Assembly (NCBI RefSeq): GCF_018977255.1
Contig: NW_024704742.1
Location: 43,588,001-43,652,000, forward strand
Reading direction: 5' to 3'
Source: Callorhinchus milii
Lineage: Eukaryota
Length of the DNA: 64,000 nucleotides
Positions 44,556 through 58,924 of the stretch are shown in pieces. Below the pieces are notes generated by a model. The model saw only the letters and a program-made list of their open reading frames with translations. It did not search any database and was not told where the DNA came from. Each line of letters opens with the position of its first letter. Positions within the stretch are counted from its first letter, which is position 1. The translations under genes and the position numbers were made by a program.

Positions 44556-47500
44556 ACATGTTTCAGGGTTACAACATGTTCCTTTGTTATATTACACAAT
44601 TAATTGCATTAGTTTTTGCTTATCTTTATTCATTTAATATTCTGCAAACTATTGAAGCAATACATCAACAGGTATTTTGACTTGCTCTGCTTTCTGGCAA
44701 TATTCATACAGTTACTATTACTATGCACATTGGAGATGATCAATTTTTTTGCAGTGGATATCCACATTCCAGTTTGCAATAATTAATGACTTTAACAAAC
44801 CATTATTAGTAGAACTGTCTGTCCCAAGTTAATACAACATGTATTGCAGTGAATCTTTTCTATTGAGTACAATGTAGTCAGTTAGTACTCTGAATGATTA
44901 ATCTTACAACTCATTTTGCATAATGTGGTTCTGTGACCTGGCAACTGAATTTAAAATGCAGTGCAATGATTTGCTTTAACGGAGATCCGATTGGAAGAAT
45001 GTTTAATATTCATGCAAGTGATATTTGTTCAGCACCTATTCTTCTAAAGCTTATTTGAAGTCAACAAATTGGAATTTCAACCAAGAATATTAAAACTGCT
45101 AATAATAAAATTGGTATTTGCCTTTAAATTGTAGCAAAAAATCATTTTGATATCCAGTGTATTTATTCATTTGTAGTCACAATATTTTGCCTGCAACAAT
45201 TTTGATTATAATATCTGGAAATCGTATTTGTGCAGTTACTAACTGGCTCTGTTTAAACTGTAGTACTGTATGTATTGTATAATTATAATGAAAGTTTAGA
45301 AACGTTTTGGTTTAATCAGCCAGATATCTGACATACAAAAAAAATCAATCTTAGAAACATCCAAAGCCAAACTACTGAGAGTTCTACATGTGTACGGAAA
45401 TTTTCATTTGTGTTATATGGAGGGAACACCCTTTCATCAAATGACACACCCTGTTTACCTCATCCCACAGATCTCTGAGACTCAGGTTGGCAAGAAATGG
45501 GAACTCCAGAGCATTCTTTGAGGTACTGCTGGAGTTAAACAGGCTAAAATTGCACAGCTTACCATTGTGAACACTAACAAGATTCCTATTGATTGTCCAG
45601 TTAAGATCACCCTACCTGTTAGGGTTTTGCCTTGCAAGGTTAACAGGAGCCAAGTGGAACAATCCCAACACACAGTGACTGGTTTGCACTTCTGAAGCCG
45701 TCTAACAGCTTGGCTGGATGGTGCATCATCAACTGTGTCTTTGAGTACTGTAGACCTGCCTGACTCAAGAACCGGATTAACTAGATCACCACAGAAGGTC
45801 AACTTGATTCAAATATTCCATTGCCTGACAAATGTGAACTTGGAGCTAACCCAGCTCCAAAGAGACTGTAGTTATCTTGTTAGTCTTGGATGAGTACCAC
45901 AGCTCAGCATATCATGCATCCAAATACAGCTACTATCCTCCTTTCCACAGTCAAGACACACACCCTGCCTGGTATGAGAAGATTGTAATTTGGGAATTCG
46001 GGAAGAATTAGATCAAGGGGCCAAATTAGCTCTTTATCCCTATCTCTCTCATATAATATTATTATTATTATATCTCTCTCCTGTATTGAGGGGTGGATGT
46101 GTGAAGCTTCAGCAGCAGCTACTGATCTAAACATAGCAATCAAGGTAGGTTCAAAATGCACTGAATATTTAAGTGTGTGTTCACAAATCAGGACTCTAGA
46201 TTAGGGCTTCCAGCAGCTATTGTTGCAACTCTCAAGAGTTTTTTTCTAAATCTGCTTTCAGTGTATGGAAGGACCTATTCCAGCCCCTCCCCACGTGAAA
46301 TGCACTATACAAATGTAACTTTTTGTTTTGTATTCAGGACAAATTGCAATATGCCAATTACCTTCATGTTCTGGAGGTACAAGTCCATTACCAGTTTACT
46401 TATTACAAATTGCTTAATCCAGGTCTTCATGTAAAAGGGACCTTGGCAAAGAGATATTTTGAATCAAAATGTTGCTGCACACCAGCTGTCCACCCCAAGA
46501 TAATGCCACATGAGAAAGGGTTCTATGCTGTGGTCTTTTGCTCTCCAGGAACTGAGTTGACACTTTCCAGATCCATTTTCTATAGGTTCCTATGCAGTCA
46601 ACAACGGAGGAGACTTTCATATCAGTTTAGGCAGTACTTGAACTTGGGTCCTCAAGATCAGAATTCAGACTCATTCATTCTTATTCAGGTCAATCTCAGA
46701 GGCAGATTTGATTGTCTACCCTAAATACAAACACAGAAAAACACAGAGTCCACAAGCTCTATTAGCAAATGATGATTCTCATAATTTGCTAATAGAGTCT
46801 ATTACTAAGTGATGATAATGTCTGTATTGGAATACGGAAATATAAGCCACAGAGAAAATAAACTAAAATAAAGTAAATAATTCTAAGCAGAATTTAAAAA
46901 TAGGCACCTCTCTTGCCTAATGAAATGTGAAATGTACACTACAGTTTGTAATGTGATTTTTTTAAATGCCATTTTGCTCCTATTTGTAAATGTTGCTTTG
47001 GATTGTAATTGAATGCTGATATCCTAATGGTAATGCAATGGCATCATGAGTAAGATGTGTACAACATACTTTTAAATCTAAGTTCATGAAAAAAAGTGTA
47101 ATTGAAAATGACAGGCCACATTTCTAATGGCCTATGCTACAAAACATTAAAAATGAAGAACAATTGACGACAAGTTATGGCTAAATGATGCACCATATGC
47201 TAAGATTGTTTTTAAAAAAAGGTTTACCATGGTTCTGTATTCAGTAATTATTTCTCAAAATGCCTGTAAAAGGTATAAAAGCTTTATCTGTCAAAAGAAT
47301 GAGAAAACAATGAAGTATTTTTTTTCAGGTTATACTATTAAAAATGACATTATACATAATTGTTAAATCAAAGTACAGCAAATTATTGGTCAGCTGTTAC
47401 ATATCTTCACTTTGATGTGAATAGGAGACTTTCATTATTCTGCAGCACAAACAGATAGAGATGTGAACAGTCCATCAGATGAAACCCATGCAGTCAATTT

Positions 47501-49964
47501 GATGTGAAAAGATTGACTGATGAGAGTATTCAGCAGTTTTGCCAGACAAATCTTTTGTTTCTTTAGTTTGTTCATTGCTCATACAATGGCCATTCATGTT
47601 CCCTGTAATACTTGGTCAATTTATGCATGAACATTTGAAGGCAGTAGTGTTCTTTTTGCCTGTGTGTTTATGACATTCCCCTATAGCTATTTGAAATTAC
47701 TTTTCTAAGAGCCTATAAACTGCTACAAGCAATTTGGCAGGTAATGAGAACGAAGGCAAAAGCTTTTTTAAAAAAAAAACAGTTTTCTTCAGTAACGCAA
47801 ACAAAAGATTTAGAAACCCAATCCATAGGAAATGCACTCATTAGATTTATGCATTGGCAGTGCCTATTTACTGTGGTGCTGAAGTAAATGGCTTAGGTTC
47901 AGATGGATTCAAAAGGCACTTGTGATCTGATAGGTTTGTAACGTATGGACACAAGAAAGTTCTGTTAATATTGATGTCCTGTCAGCGTCATTTTTATGTA
48001 AAAAAAACATTATTTTGGAACTTGTGTGGATTGAGATATTATGCTGCTGTAAATTTTAGCTATGTATTCTCACAGAGTGATATTGATTTTAAAAAGGAAT
48101 TTTTTCTCAGAGTCTGAGGTATCGTTACTGGGAATCTGGGGATTTACCCACTTTTGCACCCAGGGTGAGCATTCCTAAGTTTACTTTCTAAAAGTTAGAT
48201 GCAGATCAAACCTCCTTTAATCTTCTCCAGTAATCATTTTAACTTAATTCAACCACACAGAAAAAACATGCTGTCAATTCCATTTCCCAAAACAACCTTG
48301 CTTGTAGCCATTCCAATAGAGGCTGGACATTTATTGTCAAATCACTTGTTGGTTTATGTTGTGAGCTCATCGACATTGGGATTTGGAACTGGAATAATAA
48401 TGTTGAAGCTCAATATTCTTCCAAAGTTTTCAACATTCTTAACCCAACTTCTTTCATCCCATTATTTCAGACAGGATCTGAATCTCAGGTTCAAGAGATT
48501 AAACAAAAACGTGTCTACCCATTACAGAACCACGTGTGAAGGTAATTGGGAGTTTAAATTCAATGACTTTACACAGAAATCACGAGTATGTGGACTTTCC
48601 TGAGTTTCTTTTATGTTCAATTGGCAAACTCTTAAAATAAAGTGGTAAATCTGGAACTAGTTTAGTTTGTCCAACTCATTAATCTTGGTATTAAAGCTTT
48701 ATCAGACTAACAATATTGTGCATATGATTTTTGTATCTAAAACTATAAATTACATTAACTGCACCACACACCTCCCCTCAATTGCTAAATTCAACAAACA
48801 AAATTTGTCACGCATTAGTTTATCCAATAAATGTAGAGACCCTTTCAGACAGGATCTGGGAACAAAGAGTGAGAATAAAGCATAAAAATGAATTGCTCCG
48901 ATATGCTACCCTGTGTGAAGGGTGTTATATAAACACAAGTTGTCTCTGTTGCTGGCTTGTCATCCACCGGGATCCATTGAACATTTTGTTTATAAACAAA
49001 ATCTAGGCCCTGGTATTCATTTTTCATTGATTCCAATGGATCAGAACACAAAACTGATTGGAATTGTACAGACATTTGTCCCCATCCATGAAACATTGAA
49101 TCTGAACTGTATAATGGAACTTTACATATCAGTTAACATTTCTCATGAGCTTTTTGCTCTACAGGTGTTACCCTAAAAAGATCTCATAACGTTATTTGAA
49201 ATACCATTGACAAATTGTATCCCACCTTTAACCATGCCTCTCTCTTCTTGTTTACACACAGGCACACTCATATTCTTAACAGAAACCCTGGAGTCTTCGA
49301 ACAAATTTAAGCAGTTAGCTCTATTTTATTGTAGGTTTCTCAACAGTTTGTTTTGCTGTGTTTTTGTTCTCAACTGTATTGACTTTAATAAGTCATGTCT
49401 GTACTTCTGGGAAACCTTCAGTTATTATGTGAAAAACTATTGGTTCAACTACTCACCCATGAAGGCAGAGTACAAGGACATGGTTGCAAGTACACATCTG
49501 TGGTTTAGGTTTCTGGGTTTATTTACAATTCCCAAAATTACAGCTGATCTAAAGCATCTCTAATCACAATCATTTCTGGTAACTGCTTTTGTTGTTTAGT
49601 TTTAATAACCTTGCGTCTGTAAATCTCTTAAAAGCACATAAAAATGTGAGAGCATTAATTGTGCAGCACTTGGCTAAATAGATTTTATTTTTTAAAAAGA
49701 ACATTTCTCACGTTTCAAGTTAAAATGCCTTTTGTAACATTTCTATTATTGATGGCTTTGAGAATTCTTTTTATAATGGATAACTTCTTAATGCATTCAG
49801 TCTGTCAGCAAGAGATTACACTGGTATCCAGAGAGGATAAAATATCGTCACCTGGGGGAAAAACTATTCTGTAATTGACTTTGCCTATAACCCACAAGCA
49901 GAGTGACAGATGAAGCAGTCAGATGTACATTGTAGCTATCAAACACCATTGCTTACCAACTAGG

Positions 49965-50277
49965 TAATAATAATAATAATCCTTGCATTTGATATAGCGC
50001 TTTTCACATCAGGAGGACGTCCCAAAGCGCTTCACAGAACACACTGTAAAGTGAATTGACTGTATATTTGTGGGCGAACGCGGCAGCCAATTGCGCACAG
50101 CAATGTCCCACAAACAGTCGTAGATTGAAAATGACCAATTTATTATTGTTTTTGGAGGGATTATTATTAGGCGTGTGGAGTAAGGAAACTTCCCCAAGGT
50201 TTCGCCCTGCCGGGAATTGACCTCAGGACTCTCGCTTGCAAAGCGAGTGCTCTAACCACTGAGCTACAGGACTCCAC
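49965..50277 (-). mobile_element. Full-length tRNA-derived SINE with an L2-like tail and (ATT)n
   Basis: Minus strand reads GGAGTCCTGTAGCTCAGTGGTTAGAGCACTCGC... (A box, tRNA-Ala-like head), body ctgtttgtgggac...aattggctgcc, tail gcgctatatcaaatgcaaggattattatt. Many partial copies occur in the window. Confidence 0.9.
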
Positions 50278-53200
50278 GACGTGAAAGGCACTATGTAAAT
50301 GTAATTTTTGTTGTTCTTGTTAAATACCATTGCTGCAGTGTGTTACTGCTTGGCAGGCCCTGAGCGACATTGCATTCATAAAGGAATAAACCTGCGACAT
50401 AAATGAACTTTTTCCAACATAAATTATAAAATACAATGCTTTACTACCAAAGTGATTCAGTTGCCATCACAGTGTTGCATTAGGAGACGTCTCCAGTAAT
50501 TGCCAGTCACAAAAGTGGTTAACTAAAAGTATTCAAACACCCTAAGTCCCTATGAATTGACATTTCGCCCACAAAATGTATAGTCGTTTCACTTTATAAT
50601 ATGTTCTATGAAGCGCTTTGAGCTGTCTCAATGATTTGATGAGGCACTATATCAAATGCAAGGATTATTATTATTATTGATTTTATCCTGATAGCAAAAA
50701 GTAAAAAAGCAAAAAAGCTAGGATTTAACAGGTGATAGTCTGAAAAAATGTGAGCGTTCAGCAAATTTAATTTGCACACTAATCCCCACTCTTATTTCTC
50801 ACCCAATCTTGAAGAACTCAGAGGAGTAATTGACTTTACCAGTCAATGTGACGTGGCTGAGATTAGGTGATTTAAATCTTAAAGGTTCTCTGTACTGGTA
50901 AGTGACTGCAAGCATTTGTGAGTGAAACAGAAACAAATGGCTCAAGGATTGCAACACCAAAACAGAATCTGTTCTGAAAAAAGACAAGCTTGATAACCTC
51001 AACTGCCATATGGATCTTTATATTTTTTCATTAATTCTAGAACTAGTTGGTTAATACCATATTAGTAATCCTGAAGGTAGCGTAGATCTTCGACCATGCC
51101 TTTGGTCATCTTTTTACCCCCACACTTCCTGCCCTCCACCCCTCCTGATCCCAACCCCCAGCTCAGATCCCAAACCATGACTGTCCAGCGCCTTGGGACG
51201 TCCTCCCAATGTGAAAGATGCTATACAATTGTAATTTGTTGTTGGTGGTAGTAGTTGTAGATACCAGGAAAGAATTGTCAATTTTCGACTAGATGTTTTT
51301 CAAGAGTCATACATGAAGGGAATAGAAGGATAAGGGAGTTAGGAAGAGTAGAGGCTCAGGTGAAGTGTATACAATAGTACAGACTAGTTAGGCTGAAAGG
51401 GCTGAAAGGAAAAGGATTGCAGCAGCTTTAACACAATAGTAAAATACCAATCTGAGCCTTTTAGTAACCCTTCAAGTGATACACAGTATAATTTATTAGA
51501 AAAATTTGGCAATTTCAAACGCATGCAGAAATTAATCTGCACATAAACAGACCAAGTGAAGTGCAACATTTCAGTATGTCAACCATTTAGAACACTAATT
51601 AAATCTAATTAAAAATAAATACACTAATCATTGACTCACAAGAGAAGGGAACTACTGTACCATGGGAAATAAAGCTTGCAGTACAGGCTTTTCATAGATG
51701 AAACATATCAAACATTAATATATTCTCTACAGTAGTAACAAGGGTTTTAGAATAATCCCATTGTCAAATCCAGTTCTCTGAATAAAATAAAATTACAAAC
51801 ATATAATAATAATCCTTGCATTTGATATAGCGCCTTATCACGTCTTCTAGATATCTCAATGTGCTTCACAGCATATACCGTAAGCTGAATTGACTGTATG
51901 TTTTGTGGACAAAATATGGCAGTTAATTGTGCACAGCAGTGTCCCACAAACAGTCATGGATTAAGTGACCAAATTATTATTTTTTTAAAAAAATCATACG
52001 AATACTCAGTGTCATTTTACAAGGCTATAAACATATTCTCAGCAACTGCACATGAAGGAAGACATGCACACATTTTCCAAAAATATTTTAACTGAAATAC
52101 TGTACATGCAGGTGGGAATAGAAAAATAAAGACTATTACCTGAGATTGCAGTGAACAAAGTTCCACATGGACTATTTACATTCAAATGCTTGCACAGAAG
52201 AGGAACACCGAGTAATAACGGTTTGCATAGAAAAACACATGAAGCATTTCCTTTTCTGTATACTACTGAAATATGCAACATATCCATGCCAAACATCCAG
52301 GTGTCTTTTATATATACTGTATATAAAAAGGTTCCTTTTTGGCTAAAGATTTTCATTAGAGTCTAAATTGCCAGATTTGTTAGTCAGAATCATTGCATTA
52401 AACTGGAACTTCTAATTTGTGAATTTTGGACTATTTGGAGATTTGAAAACAAAAATAAATTCAATGCCACAAGTCAGCAAAGCTTGAGGAAAGCCTGGCA
52501 TTTTGTTTTCCAAAATTTTGTTGGACTTTTGGGCTGAGCAAAAGTTCCAAAAGCAAAACACCACCTGATAACAAGCAAAAATATACATTTTTTAAATAAT
52601 TTGGTTGCTCAATCCATGACTGTTTGTGGGACACTGCTGTGTGCAATTGGCTGCCGCAATTCACCCAAAAAATATACAGTCAATTCACTTTACAGTATAT
52701 TCTGCAAAGCGCTTTGATACATCTCAAAGACATGATAAGGCGCTGTATAAAATACAAAGATTATTATTATATAGCAAATCATAAGTCGCGAGTGTAGCTG
52801 ACATTCTGCTTTCAGGTTTTCAGCTGAGAACAGGCCTGAAAATCTGACAAAATGCTGGAAATAAAGTGACAGACTTTTCTCAGCATGCGACGACTTTTGA
52901 GATTTGAAGGATTTCTTTTAAATCCTGAATGAAAATCTGTTAAACTGCAATTAGCGGGAAAAAAAATCCAATTTTGACTGTTGCAATTGTGTGGATGTTT
53001 GCTGAGAATACTAGTGCTAACATTCTGTTAGAGGTCTTTGGGAGTCCATCCTGTCATTACAAGTCCCACTATTTTTAATTGGGGGAAGCTCTGTAAAATT
53101 AATCAGAGAAGGGTGGAAGGACAGAGAGGTACTATTAACCCTTCAATGTGATAATCAGAGGTAGACTGAAGACAAAAGATACAACTCTCCCATTGGCACA

Positions 53201-53399
53201 ATGGATAAATGTTGTACAGTGTTGTAGAACAATGTACATTCAGTTCATGGCCGTTTGTGGGACACTTTGTAAATCTTCTGCAAGATAAACAATCACTAAA
53301 TTTTACAGTAAATCCCATGAATCACTTTGAGACGTCCTCCTAACGTGAAAAGTGTGATACAGAACGCAAGGATTATTACCATGGTCAAATATTAGGCCA

Positions 53400-53655
53400 C
53401 AAAGATCAGGAAGACCCCATGTTTGATACCTGGTCTGTGCTGAGTTAGTAGCAGTTACCTAGGGAAGAGGTGGAACTGTTCCGATTGGTTTCAGTGTCCT
53501 GGAGTTAGGGAGAGGGGAAAACGTTCACTCAGGTTTTTCCCCATTGATTTGGCTCCAGTGACTGCTCTTTGGAAGTGTGTGTGGACATCAGACTAAGGTT
53601 TGACATGCTCTACAGTAAAATAGTAGTGTAGGTTTGTACATGAAGAATGAATGAA
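53400..53655 (+). mobile_element. Ancient SINE fragment, AmnSINE2-like from recall
   Basis: ctggtctgtgctgagttag...gttagggagaggggaaaa...tccagtgac...gtgtgtgtggacatc...acatgaagaatg. Confidence 0.45.
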
Positions 53656-53774
53656 GAGGGAATGGGGCACAAAAAATAGTATCTGTAAATAGTTGCTGCA
53701 GTGATACCTAAAATAGTGCTGTAAACACAGATGCATAATATAAATCAGAATATAAATCTAGCTGTAAATTACTA

Positions 53775-54088
53775 ATATAATCCTTGCATTTGATATAGTG
53801 CATTTCACGTCTTCTAGACGTCTCAGAGTGCTTCACAGAATATACTGTGAAGTGAATTAATTATATTTGTGGGTGAAACGCAGCAGCCAATTGTGCACAG
53901 CAGTACCCCACAAACAGTCGTGGATTGAGTAAACAAATTATAATTTTTTTTTCTTGAGGGATTATTATCAGGGTTATTATCAGGCATGTGGAGTAAGGAA
54001 ATTTGCCCAAAGTTTTGCCCTGCTGGGAATCGAATCCAGGTCTCTCGCTTGCGAGGCAAGTGCTCTAACCATTGAGCTACAAGACTCC
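53775..54088 (-). mobile_element. Full-length tRNA-derived SINE
   Basis: Same family as 49965-50277. Confidence 0.88.
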
Positions 54089-54139
54089 TGAAATTAAAGC
54101 TTCAAAAAGCATACATTTTCATCCTAAATGTCTACAGCA

Positions 54140-54685
54140 GTATCAGCATCTCGTTCCCCCACCCCCACCGGCCCACCTCACCATTGGTGGTTGGGCCTCA
54201 GCCTCTCTGCCCCCACCCTTTGGAACTCCATCCCACAGTCCCTTCACCTTGTTAACTCCCTTGCCTCCTTTAAGCCATGTCTCAAGACTCTCCTCTTTGA
54301 CCCTGCCTTCAGCCACCCTCCTACCCTCTCTGCTCTCCGCCCCACCCTGATCCCAACCCCTCAGCTCAGGTTAAGGGTCAGCCTTGTAGAACAGAGTTGA
54401 GGAAACAGGCTGTAGATGTTCAGTCCTTGAACATCTTCAAGGCTGAGACTGATAGATTTTTTAAAAAATAGAGGGATTAGGGGATATGGGAATAGGACAG
54501 GTAATTAGAGTTAGGTCTGAAGATCAGCCATGATCTTATCGAATGGCGGGGCACAGGCTCGAGGGGCCGAATGGCCTACTCCTACTCCTAATTCTTATGT
54601 TCTTATGTCCAAATCCCTGACTGCCCATCACCTTGGGACATCCTCCCAAAGTTAAAGGCACTATATAAATGTAATTTATTATTGT
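54140..54685 (+). mobile_element. L2 3' end interrupted by a CR1 3' end at ~54385-54605
   Basis: CR1 tail gaatggcctactcct...ttcttatgttcttatg lies between the two halves of an L2 tail. Confidence 0.8.
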
Positions 54686-57344
54686 TTCATCAGCTTAAAA
54701 ATATTTCCTGAAAAATGTTTTGAAGGTCAAACACAAGTTCAGAAGAGTGCAACCCTTGGTAAATAATTTAATGATTTATCCCATTCAGACTCAATATAGT
54801 CCAGAGCTTTAAAGCAACTTCATGTAGACATCTGCAATTATTATCTGCTACATCTGCCACATTTCAGATAGTCAACAATTCTGGGTAAGACATAAACAAA
54901 CCTCTTGCAAAATAAACTAAGAAGAAATTAAATACATTTTGGCCCAATGCAGAGCAATAATAAAATAATTGTTTACTAAGGTCTTAACAATAACTAAATA
55001 AATGAATAAAATGCAAGTCCTGTCATCGTATATACTCACACACATTAAGTTTAATGTCAATAAAATATAGTCTGTAGAAATGCCTGCCAACACGAATATT
55101 ACTATATTGTTGAAGGTTAAATGAACCAGCTAATTTGGTTATAAACACGAGGAGAGACCGGGCACCCAGGAACACAGCATTGTAAATCCAATCTGCTATT
55201 TTTCATATGTAAAAAATACTGATTTAATGACATTATTGTATGCTCTAGAGTATTCATAACACTTCATCCAGCAAATAATATATTAATTATATTTAACTCA
55301 AAACCTTATACTTTGAAGGTCTCAAAGTGCTCAACAACATATTTTTAAGTGTAGTGAATGTTCACTTCCCCCAACAAGACAGCATATCAATAAGTTTTTC
55401 CAAGCACATTATTCCTGGTCCTTTCAGTAATTGAGCAATTTAAGCATTGTCTGAAGTGCAATAATATCTCTTTAACATGTTGGTTTCCTCCCCACCTGAA
55501 GACTAAGCACTTTGAGATGCTGCCCCATGTGAAGGGCACTATTTAAATGCAAATGTTATTGTGAAACCCATAGGGTATACAAAAGTGAATAGGTCCTCTG
55601 TATCTTCCAAGACCATAAAAGTTAACAGAAATATCATTTTACACAAATGTATCTATCAGATACAGTCCATAATGAAACTTCCATCAACCAGTGAAACAAA
55701 GGGCATTTGCGGGACCCATGATCTGTAGTAATGATTAATATTATAGTAAAACTAATTTACATACTTATATGGTCAATTGAACACATTACTAATAAGTTAG
55801 TATAATGCTTTGACTTTAACCCTTCCTTACACCTTAAGCGATGACTTATTTGGCGTTAGCTGAATGTCTTGACGCATGTGGAAATCCATTACGATATTTA
55901 AACATATATGTATACCACCTGTACATAGAAATTTCCCTGTGTCTGGAATGGAATGTGCATTCTCTCCCTGGAGAGATCCACCCTGTTTACCTCATTCCGG
56001 AAAGTATTGAATGCAGGTTGCGAGAGCCAAGACTTAGGGGACACAGTGTGCATTGGGATTCTGCTGGTGTTTAACAGCTAAAACCCCATAACTTGCCATG
56101 AGCAGCACTGTCTTGCAAGCTTGTTGCTCCTGATCGAGGTAGGACAACCCTGCTTTTGAGGGCTTTGACTTGCAGGGTTAACAGCAGCCAAGTGGGAAGA
56201 ATCCCTGCCCCCAGTGACTAGTCTGCTCCTCGAAGACTTACATTTAAATCTGTGTATTAAACTCTGAATGTGAATTATTAATCAATACATTTCATTAATA
56301 CGTTCCTCACTTGGCATAATCCATGGTTTTTAAGTTACTATGGAAGATATTTGCTGATCAATAAGTGTGTGGTTTAATTTGTCTAACAAGCACATCATTC
56401 ACATTAGCTTAATGAAGCAATCCTCCAGCTATGACCACCCTGGTTTTCATGAAGGTGTTAAAAATCTGCAATGTCAACAGTGTCACTTTTTTCTCTTCAA
56501 GGTTCCTTGCTTTATCAAGTTACAAAAGCAAAAGGCCAGAAGCCTAGTGTTTTAGCCTATGAATATTACACCTTTGTGGCTGCACTGGGGGAGCAGAGAA
56601 ACTATTACATTTCAATATGCTTCAGCAATGCTGGTAGAGCATTGTAGGCATAAGGAATTGTCAGACTAAGAAAATAACTTAAAATAGAAACTAGCCAGAT
56701 TTAAGAAATCCTCACTCTCCTGCCTTTCTCTTGGTGCTACATGCCACTTTAAAGTCCATATTACTCTCTGTTTATACCCCTCAATCTGCTTCCCTGACTG
56801 TCCAGTGCCTTGGGACGTCCTCCTAACATGAAAGGTACTACACAAATGTAATTTGTTGTTGTTGTTATTGCTTCCTACAGTGATGATCATGAATAGACAG
56901 CCTCTCTGCAAAGTGAAGCACTTGCTTGCTGAATACTGTCCTCTGATCTGTTGCATAAAATGTTCAGAAACACATGTCTCACTATGTTAAAAAGAAGAAA
57001 CCTCACCTTCACTGGTGAAAATAACATGTTCTTCTAAACAAGGCATTTGTGGACTAAGAATCTGTGCTCTGATGAATAACCTATTCACATTTCAATAGGT
57101 AAATTCACCAACGAAGTCCCCTGTCCAGTAATAAAGAGTAGGTGAGCTAAAAACGCTATGTGCTTAAAAAGATTTTAATTCACAAAAATGCAAAGCATCC
57201 ATGTCCTGTAAAGTTATTGCTAATGGTAAAGATTTACTGCTCTTGTGTGAAAGATGAAATCAGGAATGGAGGTTTACAATATTTTTAATAAGATATTATA
57301 TCTTACAGTGCAGATGTAAACCAAAGGATCAAATGTCGATTAGG

Positions 57345-57937
57345 TTAAGCTATATTTTCTCCATGGATTTCAGCAGTACATACTTCTGTGCCCCCTAACA
57401 TTGGCCGATCACTGGATAAGAGGATGTGTGATTGGGGACTGGATGTTTCTTTGGTACTAACGGTTGATGATACACAGTCAGCTATGCTGTTTTCTACAGT
57501 GTCAGGTTGTTCTGTTAATGAGTTCTTTAGAGTCCACTGTTCACTCTCAAAATCAGATTCGCCAATTCCATCTGGACTGATTAGTGGAGATTCAAACAGA
57601 AATGAAATGTCACTACAATTCTGAGGTGGCCCTGTACCCTGTTCTTCTGAAGGACTTGTGTCGTTACAGCCATTGTCGACTTCAAAAGAGACTAGCTTTT
57701 CAGATGTTTTTATCCTCTCATTTCCCAATTCGTCAGTTGCTTCCACTGAGCAGGATTGAGGCACTACCAGACAAACATCCATGGCCTGCGAGTCTGTATG
57801 CAAAGATACACACACCGGACTTCCACAACTGTCATATCTTCCCGTGTGCATTATCTCAGATTCTTTGAGCTCCTCCTCTTCAGTAACCAACCCGGTTGTT
57901 GCAGGCTGACCCAGAGTTCCTTGATCTCTTATTTGAT
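57345..57937 (-). CDS. CCDC149: CCDC149 terminal coding exon, acidic Ser/Glu-rich tail
   Basis: tttttttaatgtttAG acceptor; a phase-1 join to the 58823 exon gives DQIRDQGTLGQPATTGLVTEEEELKE, in frame with the 181-aa ORF that ends in TAA at 57345. Protein similarity to human is weak, so the call rests on splice phase and position. Confidence 0.8.
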
Positions 57938-58169
57938 CTAAACATTAAAAAAACATTATTGTTGTTTTTTACATGACTTACTGGCTCTTCCTACATGGCA
58001 GAGAGAAACAAATCAACATTGAACGTCAATACTAAATGGTCTTCCCTCTTCCATAGATGTAGGAATTAACCACAAATAAGCACATTGAGGCTATTGTATT
58101 ACAAAGTAACATAATATTATAGAATTCCTCTAAGGCAGCTGCTTCTTCATCCAAACCATGCTGGTGCAT

Positions 58170-58710
58170 GATAATAATATAATAATAAACCTTGCATTTG
58201 ATATAGCGCTTTTTCACGTCTTCGAGACGTCTCAAAGTGCTTCACAGAATATACTGTAAAGTGAATTGACTGTATATTTTGTGGGCGAAATGCAGCAGCC
58301 AATTGCGCATATCAGTGAATAGAGTTCAAGATCTTTGTCCTCACTTTTAAATCCTTCCATGGTCTTGCCCCACCCTTCTTTTGTGACTTTCTAAAACCCT
58401 ACCAAGCCATTTGCTCCCTCTACTCAACAGGCACTAGCTTGCCTCACCATTGGTGGTCGGGCCTTCAATCTTTCTGCCCCACTCTCTGGAACTCCTTCCC
58501 ACAGTACCTTTGCCTCGCCTCCTTCAAGGTCCATCTCAAGACCTTCCTCTTTGACAAAGCCTTTAGTCATCTTCCCAACCCCACCCTCGTGGCCCCCAGC
58601 CCTCCCAAATCTAACCCCCACCTTGGGTGCAAACCCTCAACTGTGCAGCACCTTGGGATGTCCTCCCGATGTAACAGATGCTATATAAATGCAATTTATT
58701 GTTGTTATTC
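58170..58710. mobile_element. Partial SINE (-) followed by an L2 3' end (+), inside the last CCDC149 intron
   Basis: SINE tail 58170-58315; L2 tail 58320-58710. Confidence 0.8.
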
Positions 58711-58822
58711 TAATATTATTGTTCTAATATTATTCTAACACTAACATTATTGACAACAGGCTGAAGCTGAATGGAATAAAATCTTGTTTATGTTGTCAAA
58801 TTAAATACTTTGTCAGCCTCAC

Positions 58823-58924
58823 CTTTAGGTTGTGTCTGATGCTCTACGGATTCCAACATAGGAGACTTTGGTCTTAGATCCACAGGAATGGCAGCATCGG
58901 TTAACGTTATGGTTTCCTTTCCAC
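58823..58924 (-). CDS. CCDC149: CCDC149 penultimate coding exon (102 nt)
   Basis: caacAG acceptor and GTgagg donor, phase 1-1; encodes GKETITLTDAAIPVDLRPKSPMLESVEHQTQPK versus recalled human [33 protein letters not shown]. Confidence 0.88.

Noticed and set aside
50200..50277. tRNA-like sequences (also ~19300, 29740, 31680, 54050 and 60150)
   Set aside because: Each is attached to a SINE body and tail with variable anticodon loops; they are SINE heads, not tRNA genes.
50803..50905. Candidate minus-strand exon downstream of CCDC149 (AG...GT)
   Set aside because: 103 nt, no recognisable protein similarity and beyond the stop codon; such splice-like words arise by chance.
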